The notes beneath the pieces are model-generated. The model worked only from the letters and a program-made list of their open reading frames with translations. It did no database searches and was not told where the DNA came from. Of a stretch of DNA of 64,000 nucleotides, positions 46,475 through 54,434 are shown piece after piece. Both the position numbers and the translations under genes were made by a program. The stretch is from IMG/VR virus record IMGVR_UViG_3300042545_001134, positions 124,001 to 188,000 of that record; one strand, 5' to 3'. Positions within the stretch are counted from its first letter, which is position 1, and the number at the start of each line of letters is the position of its first letter.

Positions 46475-46930
46475 CTATTTTTTCAAGTTTTGTTCTAATA
46501 ATTTATAGACCTCAGTTAACATATCAAGCTCTGACCTTGATTTTTTATGTTTGAAGTCAAATAATTTATAGAAATACTCACCCATACGGGGATTACCTTC
46601 ATCCATTTTGGTACCGTAGTATGCCTCATAGAAGAAATTCCAAAGGTATTCATAATGATTACCCTTTTCTTTAAAATAAATCTTTTCCTTTGAAAAATCA
46701 GACAGTAATTTATCCCAACACCAGTTGAAGTGGTTTCGTTGGTCTGTCTCGTTGAATAGGACATCGACACCTAAGAATGTGGTATCGACTAGTTCATATA
46801 AAGAAGATAGAAAATCATAAAAAAGTTCTACCCTCTCTCTATGTATGTTATATGCCCTGTACCAAATGTCGATTTGATGTTTGTATTTGTCGGTAGTTTC
46901 AAACTCAATGTAATCTTCTCTCTTTTCCAT
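46475..46930 (-). CDS. Hypothetical protein
   Basis: ORF track gives a start at 46969; ATG 46930 (MEKREDY) is more plausible. Confidence 0.7.
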   Translation of the reverse strand: MEKREDYIEFETTDKYKHQIDIWYRAYNIHRERVELFYDFLSSLYELVDTTFLGVDVLFNETDQRNHFNWCWDKLLSDFSKEKIYFKEKGNHYEYLWNFFYEAYYGTKMDEGNPRMGEYFYKLFDFKHKKSRSELDMLTEVYKLLEQNLKK

Positions 46931-46977
46931 GTTGCCGAATATAAAAAATATAAGGAAAGAAAAGGACAAAAAGAAGT

Positions 46978-48432
46978 TTATTGAGTTTTTTCGTTGTATC
47001 CAAAGATTTTTTTCATTCTTTGAACTTCTTCCTCTAAGATTGATGACATTGTAGTTTTAGACTCGTTAACTGTTTTAACGTTCAAAGGTTCAATACCTTT
47101 ATGTCCCCAACTAACTTGTTTTTCTCCCGCTAACTTCTTTGCTTTTCTTTCTACTTTTTTACCCATGTTCTCACCTGTTTTAGAAGGGATAACATTTGCC
47201 GCGTCGTGTGAGTTACCCATTGTAGAATCACCCTCTAACGCCTTTTTTAATCTTACTTTAAATCTTTCTGATGGTTCGTAGTCGTATTGTAAATCTTCCA
47301 TTCCACCACCTCTATTATCTTCAATTGTTTCGTTTTCTTCGTCAGTTGTTCTTTGAGCAACTTTCTCACCTTTATTGATTTGGTTAGGAAACTCAGGGTT
47401 ATCATTACCATCAAACGTTGAGATGTCTTTCAATTTCTTTTCAACATCAGACATGTGTGATTTAGAGTCGTCACCCGAAGTTTTTTGCACCTTCTTAGTA
47501 AACTCAAGACCCGGTACTGATTCAGAAACCATTCTTGAAATCAATGAAACTAATTCACTTTCTGACAATCTTAAAGTTGCCCTTTTAGATTCACCTAACT
47601 GGTCTAAAGATGTAACGATTTCTTCGTCATCACCTTCGCCAAGGTCATCCATACTTGTAACAACCGTTTCATCTTCTTCCTTCATTGTTGAACATTCACT
47701 ACATTGTCCTTCCTCATTCATAGGAGAACCACATTCGTTGCACATTCCTTCACCTTCATTTAATTTATGGTCATGACCTTCACACTTACAATCTTCAACA
47801 GATTTACCACATGAATCACATGTTTCCATTTCACCCTCATTAGTGTCAATATCTTTGGTTATGGTTACTTTATGCATTTTACCACTTCCTTTTGGAAATT
47901 CAAATTCTTTTTTACCACCATCTCTAGCAGCATCGGCAGCTAAAACAAATGCATTAGATTCTTCAACATCACCTTCTTCATTCACATCACCATACCCAGA
48001 ATGCATTTCTTCTTCTTCAAGTTGTTTATAGTATTCATTAACATTATAAGATTCGGTTCCTACTTTTATTTCAGAAAGACCTCTTTCTTTAGCATCTAAA
48101 ATTGCTTGTGCTATGTTTTTAACTTTTATAGACTTTTTTTCCATGGTTTTTGTTTCTTTTACTTCAAAGGTTTCTCCCATCTCATCCAATTTGTCAATCA
48201 TATCAGAATGTGAGTTATATTTTTGTTTTTCAATAATAAACTCCTTTTCAGGATGTTTATCTTTATAAATATTTAAATGTTGATTTGCTTCTTCCTCAGA
48301 TTCAAATGAATCAATAGGTTCACCTTCACAAGTAATATGAAACACATCATTACCTTTTTCACCCTCTAAAATGGTTCTTTTTACCTCATCCATTAGGGTT
48401 TCATTAATTATATTTTGAATATTTGTTTTCAT
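46978..48432 (-). CDS. Acidic putative internal head / prohead core protein
   Basis: 484 aa, E/D-rich, many [LIVM]xE[EGS] motifs, CxxC clusters; TATTTAT motif 8 nt upstream. Confidence 0.55.
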   Translation of the reverse strand: MKTNIQNIINETLMDEVKRTILEGEKGNDVFHITCEGEPIDSFESEEEANQHLNIYKDKHPEKEFIIEKQKYNSHSDMIDKLDEMGETFEVKETKTMEKKSIKVKNIAQAILDAKERGLSEIKVGTESYNVNEYYKQLEEEEMHSGYGDVNEEGDVEESNAFVLAADAARDGGKKEFEFPKGSGKMHKVTITKDIDTNEGEMETCDSCGKSVEDCKCEGHDHKLNEGEGMCNECGSPMNEEGQCSECSTMKEEDETVVTSMDDLGEGDDEEIVTSLDQLGESKRATLRLSESELVSLISRMVSESVPGLEFTKKVQKTSGDDSKSHMSDVEKKLKDISTFDGNDNPEFPNQINKGEKVAQRTTDEENETIEDNRGGGMEDLQYDYEPSERFKVRLKKALEGDSTMGNSHDAANVIPSKTGENMGKKVERKAKKLAGEKQVSWGHKGIEPLNVKTVNESKTTMSSILEEEVQRMKKIFGYNEKTQ

Positions 48433-48433
48433 A

Positions 48434-49276
48434 TTATCTTATAAATATCTTATTTATTTCATTTAACACTACTTTCTCCATCTCTGAGTATGGAATTCCG
48501 TATTTTTTTGATACTTTCTTTACCGCTTCAACCAATCCATCCACTTCATAGAATTCAAGTGCTTTGGTACTTCCTTGGTTACAATAAGGGAATTTCTTAC
48601 ACTTATCCTTAACTCTTACGTAAACACCCTTAGGACCACCCCATTTAGGGAATTTTTTATCCTTAACCGCTCTACTTTGTTTGATACTCTTTTCCCCACC
48701 AATACTCAGTGGGTTTTTACGGTTTTTACTTGGGAATGGTGCATCATACGCACCATTAGAATCTGCAGTCATCGCCTCATCGATATCACCCTCTTCATTC
48801 ATATTATGTATCTTGGTGATTGGTCTATTAATTGGTTTACTATTAAACGCCATTTCAAATGAACCACCAGATTCTGCACCCATCGCCTCTGTGGTATCTT
48901 GTTTCTTCTTTTTACCTTGACAATGTGCCCTCTGTGAGAATCCTTTTGGATTTGAACAATCTATAGAATCTTTATATTCCTGTGACCATTTCTCCTCAAT
49001 CTCCATCTTACTTAATTTATCATAGTATTTTGGGTCTTCACCAATATGGTCCATGGCAATTTCCTTTGCTTGGCTTTTATTTTTGGTGTGTTCAAGTTCA
49101 ATCTTAATACCTTTATTCAATTGTTTTAACAATTCTGAAACCGTGATTTCAATGTCTTTTTTATCAACTGAATCGGTTGAATCGTCGTAGGCGTGTTTTA
49201 TCGCAATGTCTTTAATCGACATATTATCAGATTTACCACCCTTTAATTTGTTTGATTCTTTCATATTACTTGACAC
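48434..49276 (-). CDS. Putative head-associated mosaic protein (DUF5661-like domain)
   Basis: GIKIELEHT...AKEIAMDHIGEDPKYYDKL, followed by EEKWSQEYKDSIDCSNPKGFSQRAHC. Confidence 0.55.
   Translation of the reverse strand: MSSNMKESNKLKGGKSDNMSIKDIAIKHAYDDSTDSVDKKDIEITVSELLKQLNKGIKIELEHTKNKSQAKEIAMDHIGEDPKYYDKLSKMEIEEKWSQEYKDSIDCSNPKGFSQRAHCQGKKKKQDTTEAMGAESGGSFEMAFNSKPINRPITKIHNMNEEGDIDEAMTADSNGAYDAPFPSKNRKNPLSIGGEKSIKQSRAVKDKKFPKWGGPKGVYVRVKDKCKKFPYCNQGSTKALEFYEVDGLVEAVKKVSKKYGIPYSEMEKVVLNEINKIFIR
48441..48447 (-). promoter_or_regulatory. TATTTAT putative late-promoter element
   Basis: Embedded in the last codons of 48434-49276, 8 nt upstream of ATG 48432. Confidence 0.45.
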
Positions 49277-49505
49277 TCTTTAATGAACTTTCCCAAAACG
49301 ACTTACGCTGCCAAAGAGTTTTGAATAGTTCAACAACCACCTTAGTTGATAGGTCCACAATTCTGTCGTCGATACTTTTTGCACCGGTTTCCTTTTGTAT
49401 CATCTTAATAACGATATTATGTGCTTGAGTGGACTCAAGGAAGTCTTTCATTTCTTTCCTTGAAATTTTTTCAATCTCTTTAATATCTGCGCTTGATAAT
49501 GCCAT
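49266..49505 (-). CDS. Hypothetical protein (79 aa)
   Basis: ORF track. Confidence 0.7.
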   Translation of the reverse strand: MALSSADIKEIEKISRKEMKDFLESTQAHNIVIKMIQKETGAKSIDDRIVDLSTKVVVELFKTLWQRKSFWESSLKSVK

Positions 49506-49506
49506 C

Positions 49507-50061
49507 TTATGTGTTTCTTCTTGTTCTAATCAAAGGTTCCATTGCCGATGTATATGTCGGTAAAAACTTAACTAACTTGTCTAACATAGTCATAGTTTCG
49601 TTTTCAATTGGTAACATGTCTGAGTTAATATATAAACCACCATCTTGACCAACAATCATTACAAAGTTGATGTCTAAGTCACTAATAGTACCATCTAACC
49701 TAATTTGGTTATCGTCAATTGTAAAACCTGGGTCTAATTCCGCAAGTTGTGCGACTTGTTGTCTGAATGAGTCAATCAATTGACTTATTGAACCCTTTTC
49801 ATCTTCCTGTAGTTTAACATCCTCTTGGTCATATGAAAGTAATTTAACTTCCACATCGTTAACCACTTCTACGTTGTCAAACTGTTCTTGACTTGACTCA
49901 GGTGCTGGTTCATTAATATCGTCACCGGGTTCCATTGGTCTTGTTTCCTCAACCTCTTCGGTGATTGTTTTCTTGTTTGTCACTTTTGACTCGTTAAGAT
50001 TTCTCATTATATTGAGGAAACCTTTCATCTCGTCATATGGTGTCTGTTTCTTGTTGCTCAT
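49507..50061 (-). CDS. Hypothetical acidic protein (184 aa)
   Basis: ORF track. Confidence 0.7.
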   Translation of the reverse strand: MSNKKQTPYDEMKGFLNIMRNLNESKVTNKKTITEEVEETRPMEPGDDINEPAPESSQEQFDNVEVVNDVEVKLLSYDQEDVKLQEDEKGSISQLIDSFRQQVAQLAELDPGFTIDDNQIRLDGTISDLDINFVMIVGQDGGLYINSDMLPIENETMTMLDKLVKFLPTYTSAMEPLIRTRRNT

Positions 50062-50656
50062 TTCTAAAAAATATTCTAAAATTAAATGATGGGTTTATAT
50101 CTGTATAAATATTCGAAAAGTTGGATTTACAAACAACTCCATGGAATTTTATGACATTTTCTAAATAACCTTGTGATTGTACCACCTGTTTAGGTATACT
50201 ATGTAACCCACATAAGTGGTCACACAGGTCAGCAACAGACTCTAATTGACTGTCACTGTACTTATCCCAGAAATAATAGTTTCTCCAATTCCTAACGAAT
50301 GGTTCGGACCTATATGGGTCTCCAATCCAATTATTTAAAAACCCCGTGATGGTATTTTTACTTAACCACCCGAGGTTTTCAATTGCTATTTTAATAAATT
50401 GTTTATCTACTTTAGGTTCCTCAAAAGTATTTGAGTAGTAATTTGTATCGTATAATTGATACACCGTACCTAATTTAGTAACCACGAAATGTGGTATTTC
50501 AGAGTATTTCCCGTTATTTCTATACTTTAACTTATTAATGAAGTCGTCGGCTCTTCTACCGGTATCGTATAGTAATATTTGGGTTTTTTTTGTTTTTCTT
50601 TTTGTTATGTTTAGTACCTTACTATCTAAACCTTCTACGTTGTGTATTTCCAACAT
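50033..50656 (-). CDS. N-acetylmuramoyl-L-alanine amidase-like (Amidase_2 fold), Zn ligands apparently substituted
   Basis: QILLYDT, IPHFVVTKLGTVYQLYD, IKIAIENLG, YSDSQLESVADLC, GVVCKSN..TDINP. Confidence 0.65.
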   Translation of the reverse strand: MLEIHNVEGLDSKVLNITKRKTKKTQILLYDTGRRADDFINKLKYRNNGKYSEIPHFVVTKLGTVYQLYDTNYYSNTFEEPKVDKQFIKIAIENLGWLSKNTITGFLNNWIGDPYRSEPFVRNWRNYYFWDKYSDSQLESVADLCDHLCGLHSIPKQVVQSQGYLENVIKFHGVVCKSNFSNIYTDINPSFNFRIFFRNEQQETDTI

Positions 50657-50831
50657 TCCTTGTAATCGTTTTTCTCATGGGGGAAGGTCTTGGCGATAAC
50701 TCCGCCGTTGGTGTCTCCTCCACGTTATTGTCCTCAGATTCCCAATAAAGGTCATCATTTTTAATAGTATCCGTAACCTTTTCCAAACCATCGTTTGGAG
50801 AATTTATTACTTGGGATTGGGACTCTGTTAC
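50622..50831 (-). other. -1 frame extension (69 aa) of gene 50828-52051 via slippery site A_AAA_AAG (50837-50831)
   Basis: GAA AAA AAA AAG TAA; the -1 frame stays open as VTESQSQVINSPNDGLEKVTDTIKNDDLYWESEDNNVEETPTAELSPRPSPMRKTITRNVGNTQRRRFR*, with a TGA closing that frame just upstream (50849-50847). Confidence 0.6.
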
Positions 50832-52051
50832 TTTTTTTTTTCTTCCTCAGATTCTATCGTTGGAAGTTCTTCAGTTGGTGTTTCGATAAGAGGTTCTGAT
50901 AATGGTTCCTCGTATGGTGGTTCATCTTCAAAACCATCCATTAACGTAATATCCCACTCTTTAAACTCTTCCATATCTTCAGGTGAATATATTTCATCCG
51001 ATTCAATTGGCATATCCTCAATCGTTAATTGTGGTACTTCAACCACAGGAATATTTTCGAGTAAAACCTCTATAACCTCCTCTGGTGTTACCGTTGCGGT
51101 TGGGGTGAATGTCGGAACCTCAGTCTCTGTTGGAGTCATTGTAGGTGTCTCTGTTGGGGTATTAGTTGGGGTTGGTGTTACTGTAATTGTAGGTGTCTCT
51201 GTTGGGGTATTAGTTGGGGTTGGTGTTACTGTAATTGTAGGGGTTGGAGTCACCTCAGGTATAATAAGTGGTTCCGTACCAAATCCATCTAATTCTTTTT
51301 CATAGACCCCAATAGGTTGTTCAGTAATTTGGGGTTCTTGTTGTTTTTTATACTCCTCCGCCGCCTTAACTAACGTATCATTTGGTTTAGGTGGGTTGTT
51401 TAAATATCTTTCCAATATGGCCAAATCTTCTTCAGTTAATCTAACTCTTGAAACCTCACCAACAATGTCTTTTGCATCAACCACAGGGATTTCTTCTTTA
51501 ACTTCTTCTTTGGATTTATTTTTCTGCTCCCTTATGTATTCACTAATACCACCATCATCAATAATTGCGTCAATTCCCCTTTCTTTATTTTCTTGAGTAA
51601 ACTTAACTAACATGTGTAAGAATGACAATGAAATGATTGGTAACATTCCACCAGCAAAAAACGATAAGAATCGTTTATGACCAACAAGGTCTGTTTGGTC
51701 AACTCCCATGAATTCAACAAATGGGGCAACCAATTCTACCCATGATTTAAATGAGTCACTCGTAACATCAATAAACGAATACGCAAAATAGACATTACCA
51801 ATAAATTGAATAAGGGTCACTATACCAAATGGAAAATATACTTTTCTACCCATATCGGCGGAAATTGCTGCAAGTGCTGATAATGCGGCAATCTCAATAC
51901 CAATTGATAGGTAAACCGCCCAAGTAACTGGGTTTGATAACCCATACCACTTTGTTACGTGTGATATAGATACCAATGCAACCGTAATAATCGGTATTAA
52001 AAATGCCGATATAATGATTGTTTTATAATTCCTTTTAAACCAAGTCTCCAT
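50828..52051 (-). CDS. Four-TM membrane protein with acidic Pro/Thr-rich cytoplasmic or periplasmic tail
   Basis: Four hydrophobic segments in aa 10-150, then an E-rich region and TPTPT repeats. Confidence 0.8.
   Translation of the reverse strand: METWFKRNYKTIIISAFLIPIITVALVSISHVTKWYGLSNPVTWAVYLSIGIEIAALSALAAISADMGRKVYFPFGIVTLIQFIGNVYFAYSFIDVTSDSFKSWVELVAPFVEFMGVDQTDLVGHKRFLSFFAGGMLPIISLSFLHMLVKFTQENKERGIDAIIDDGGISEYIREQKNKSKEEVKEEIPVVDAKDIVGEVSRVRLTEEDLAILERYLNNPPKPNDTLVKAAEEYKKQQEPQITEQPIGVYEKELDGFGTEPLIIPEVTPTPTITVTPTPTNTPTETPTITVTPTPTNTPTETPTMTPTETEVPTFTPTATVTPEEVIEVLLENIPVVEVPQLTIEDMPIESDEIYSPEDMEEFKEWDITLMDGFEDEPPYEEPLSEPLIETPTEELPTIESEEEKKK
51141..51240. repeat. 48-bp perfect tandem repeat x2 (encodes ITVTPTPTNTPTETPT)
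   Basis: gtaggtgtctctgttggggtattagttggggttggtgttactgtaatt at 51141-51188 and 51189-51236. Confidence 0.95.
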
Positions 52052-52338
52052 TAATTCAATTTTGATTCTAATGATTTTAATTCATTGTCGATTTCGGTTT
52101 GTCTTGTAACATCTAAAATCTTTCTGTCTGTTGATTGAATCATTCTTTTTTCTGCCTTCAATCCTTCAATTTGTAATCTAACATTTAATTCTTCTTTTGT
52201 ATAAGTCGAATCTTTAATTGTCTCGATTTCTTTTCTCATTTTAGACAATTCTCTACCGTCACCACATCCTTTAAGGAATGTTAACACGGCAATTACAAGA
52301 ACAATTACAATGAAGTTATTTTCAACGAACTTTTTCAT
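52051..52338 (-). CDS. Small membrane/lipoprotein-like coiled-coil protein
   Basis: N-terminal hydrophobic helix ending FLKGC (possible lipobox), then a coiled coil. Confidence 0.6.
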   Translation of the reverse strand: MKKFVENNFIVIVLVIAVLTFLKGCGDGRELSKMRKEIETIKDSTYTKEELNVRLQIEGLKAEKRMIQSTDRKILDVTRQTEIDNELKSLESKLN

Positions 52339-52349
52339 AATTTTTTATT

Positions 52350-53159
52350 TTATAAATAGTTTAGTAATCCATAACTATCGTTTCTAAGTTTTTTAAGTGC
52401 CTTGTCACGTAGTTGTCTAATACGTTCTTTGGTACATCCAAACTCTTCACCGAGGTCTTCCAAATTCATTTCTACACCAGCAAGACCGTAGGATTTTTCA
52501 ATTATGACCTTTTCTCTGTCATCTAAGATAGATAACATCATATCCACTCTTCTACGAACTTCTTCGGGAGTGTTTAATAGTGCCTCAGGGTCATCGGCAT
52601 CTTTATTTGGGATTACATCAATAAGTTGGTCCCCATCTTCATTTATTTCATCATTAAGGTTTACACAATGTGGTAAAATAAAATCTCTTCCCTTATCTTC
52701 ATAGTTAATGAAAAATTGGTCGTCTTTGTATGGTTGGTTTTTTTGTCTTTTCTGATTTTCTTGAATGATATTCGAAGGTAATCGAATGATTCTTGCATTC
52801 TCATTAAGAGATGCCATGATTGATTGTTTCACCCACCAAACGGCGTATGATATAAATTTGAAACCACTAGTTGGGTCGAATCTTTCCGACGCTTTCATTA
52901 GACCGATATTACCTTCAGATATTAAATCCATAATATCCATTCCTTGACCTTGATATAATTTGGCAACGGTAATAACAAAACGAAGATTTCCTACAACTAA
53001 TTCATTGAGATAATTTTCTCTTTCTTTTTTTGGTAGGTCTTTTCTTTTTAGTTCAGTAAAAATTATTTCTTGTCTCTCGTGAGAAATAACTTTAATCTTT
53101 CTAAGGTCTTTTATGTATTGTTGTATTTCCTCCGTGTTGATTAATATTGATTTACTCAT
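52350..53159 (-). CDS. rpoD: RNA polymerase sigma-70 factor, RpoD/SigA family
   Basis: Region 2 NLRFVITVAKLY..DLISEGNIGLMKASERFDP..FKFISYAVWWVKQSI; region 4 MNLEDLGEEFGCTKERIRQL..KAL.KLR; no region 1.1. Confidence 0.93.
   Translation of the reverse strand: MSKSILINTEEIQQYIKDLRKIKVISHERQEIIFTELKRKDLPKKERENYLNELVVGNLRFVITVAKLYQGQGMDIMDLISEGNIGLMKASERFDPTSGFKFISYAVWWVKQSIMASLNENARIIRLPSNIIQENQKRQKNQPYKDDQFFINYEDKGRDFILPHCVNLNDEINEDGDQLIDVIPNKDADDPEALLNTPEEVRRRVDMMLSILDDREKVIIEKSYGLAGVEMNLEDLGEEFGCTKERIRQLRDKALKKLRNDSYGLLNYL
52352..52358 (-). promoter_or_regulatory. TATTTAT putative late-promoter element
   Basis: Within the last codons of the sigma gene, 13 nt upstream of ATG 52338. Confidence 0.45.
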
Positions 53160-53181
53160 AAATTTGTTGTTTGGTTCACTA

Positions 53182-53212
53182 CAAATGTACGAATATTTTT
53201 TTAATTTTCAAA
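53182..53212 (-). promoter_or_regulatory. Bacteroidota sigmaA-type promoter (-33 TTTG / -7 TAnnTTTG)
   Basis: Minus strand TTTG (53212-53209), 19-nt spacer, TACATTTG (53189-53182), 22 nt upstream of the sigma ATG. Confidence 0.75.
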
Positions 53213-53665
53213 GTTATCTAGAAAGTTTTTTTCGTCTTCCGTTAAACTCCCAACACCAAACTGTTCTATTTTTTCGAGGATAATATCTAAATCCATGGTT
53301 TCGAAGTTAATAGGGTCTTTAACGTCTTTATCCAATGGATACTCCACTCTAAGGGATGTGTGATTTTCTTTTGGTTTAAAGATGAATTCTTTCATCTGTA
53401 CAGGTAAATTGGCACTGTAGATGTTCTCACGGTCAAAAAGAAAGTAAAACTTCACGGTATCATTAACTAGAATACTATGAAGTTCTGCGGATAATTCTTT
53501 TCTTTCCATTTCAGAATCAAATATAACAATTATATTCTTATTATTTTCAATCACAAATCTAACAGAATTAACTGCTGGACTTGTACCTAAAATTTCCATA
53601 CAGAAAAATTCAATATCCTCAATATCTTCAAATGTTCCGTATAAAAACAATAAAAATGTTTTCAT
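53201..53665 (-). CDS. Hypothetical protein with C-terminal DxILEKI..G..SLTxxEK motif (DUF6576-like)
   Basis: LDIILEKIEQFGVGSLTEDEKNFL. Confidence 0.7.
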   Translation of the reverse strand: MKTFLLFLYGTFEDIEDIEFFCMEILGTSPAVNSVRFVIENNKNIIVIFDSEMERKELSAELHSILVNDTVKFYFLFDRENIYSANLPVQMKEFIFKPKENHTSLRVEYPLDKDVKDPINFETMDLDIILEKIEQFGVGSLTEDEKNFLDNFEN

Positions 53666-53682
53666 ATATAATAAAAATGTAT

Positions 53683-54093
53683 TTAAGGTAACAACAATAA
53701 AACTCCTAAAACTGCAACCATACCACCACCAAGGATTGTTTTGAATTTACCTTTTACTTTCTCTTTCTTTAATTGAAATTCAAGTTTTTTAGTATATCCT
53801 TCTAACACAGTATATTTTTGGTTTTGAGCGTCAACTATTGATATGTAATTCTGTTCTTTGATTTGCATAGTTGAGATGACACTATCTTTAAGTATTACCT
53901 TTTCCTCGGTTTTAATTAGTTGTTCGTTAACTAATTTTAACTCAGCCATTGCTGAATCACCTCTTAATAAATCTTGTGCGATTTTCTTAAAAGTTGATAC
54001 TGGTAGACATTTAACTTTAATACTAGTATCTGTCTGAGAAAAAGCTGTCAAGCTCAGGCTCAGTGTAAGTATTAACACGATTAATTTTCTCAT
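53683..54093 (-). CDS. Secreted coiled-coil protein with C-terminal TM (spanin-like candidate)
   Basis: Signal peptide MRKLIVLILTLSLSLTAFSQ, coiled coil, C-terminal ILGGGMVAVLGVLLLL. Confidence 0.6.
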   Translation of the reverse strand: MRKLIVLILTLSLSLTAFSQTDTSIKVKCLPVSTFKKIAQDLLRGDSAMAELKLVNEQLIKTEEKVILKDSVISTMQIKEQNYISIVDAQNQKYTVLEGYTKKLEFQLKKEKVKGKFKTILGGGMVAVLGVLLLLP

Positions 54094-54379
54094 GATATTC
54101 TTTTTTAACTGTTGTTTTTTTATGTTTTATTTCTTCAATTTGTTTGTCAACCGCGTCAATTTCTTTATTTAGACCAAGAATGGTACTATCTAATTTTGCG
54201 TTCTCTTTATGAAGACCTTGAATTACGACATTTAATGAGTCAATTTGTGACTTTTCTTTGCCGGACATTGAAACTGAAGGTGTTAATACGAAAATCATCC
54301 AATATAACACAAACAGCCCAAACAGTAAACCTAAGATAATTTTGTAGTTTTTACCGATAAAAGATGTTACTTTATTCAT
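54023..54379 (-). CDS. N-terminal TM + coiled-coil protein (i-spanin-like candidate)
   Basis: IILGLLFGLFVLYWMIFVL followed by heptad repeats; overlaps the next gene by 71 nt. Confidence 0.6.
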   Translation of the reverse strand: MNKVTSFIGKNYKIILGLLFGLFVLYWMIFVLTPSVSMSGKEKSQIDSLNVVIQGLHKENAKLDSTILGLNKEIDAVDKQIEEIKHKKTTVKKEYHEKINRVNTYTEPELDSFFSDRY

Positions 54380-54393
54380 ACCTATATTTTATT

Positions 54394-54400
54394 ATAAATA
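54394..54400 (-). promoter_or_regulatory. TATTTAT putative late-promoter element
   Basis: 14 nt upstream of ATG 54379, just after the clpP terminator. Confidence 0.5.
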
Positions 54401-54402
54401 TG

Positions 54403-54432
54403 AAGAAGGGGGAAAATGTCTCCCCCATTTTT
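54403..54432 (-). terminator. Probable terminator after clpP
   Basis: GGGGGA-GACATTT-TCCCCC stem with a weak TTCTT tail. Confidence 0.5.
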
Positions 54433-54434
54433 AG

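Noticed and set aside
50811-51305. 164-aa plus-strand ORF with VGVTV repeats
   Set aside because: It is the antisense reading of the TPTPT linker of the 4-TM gene.
50622-52051. Tail assembly chaperone G/GT frameshift
   Set aside because: The protein is a 4-TM membrane protein and no tape-measure gene follows.
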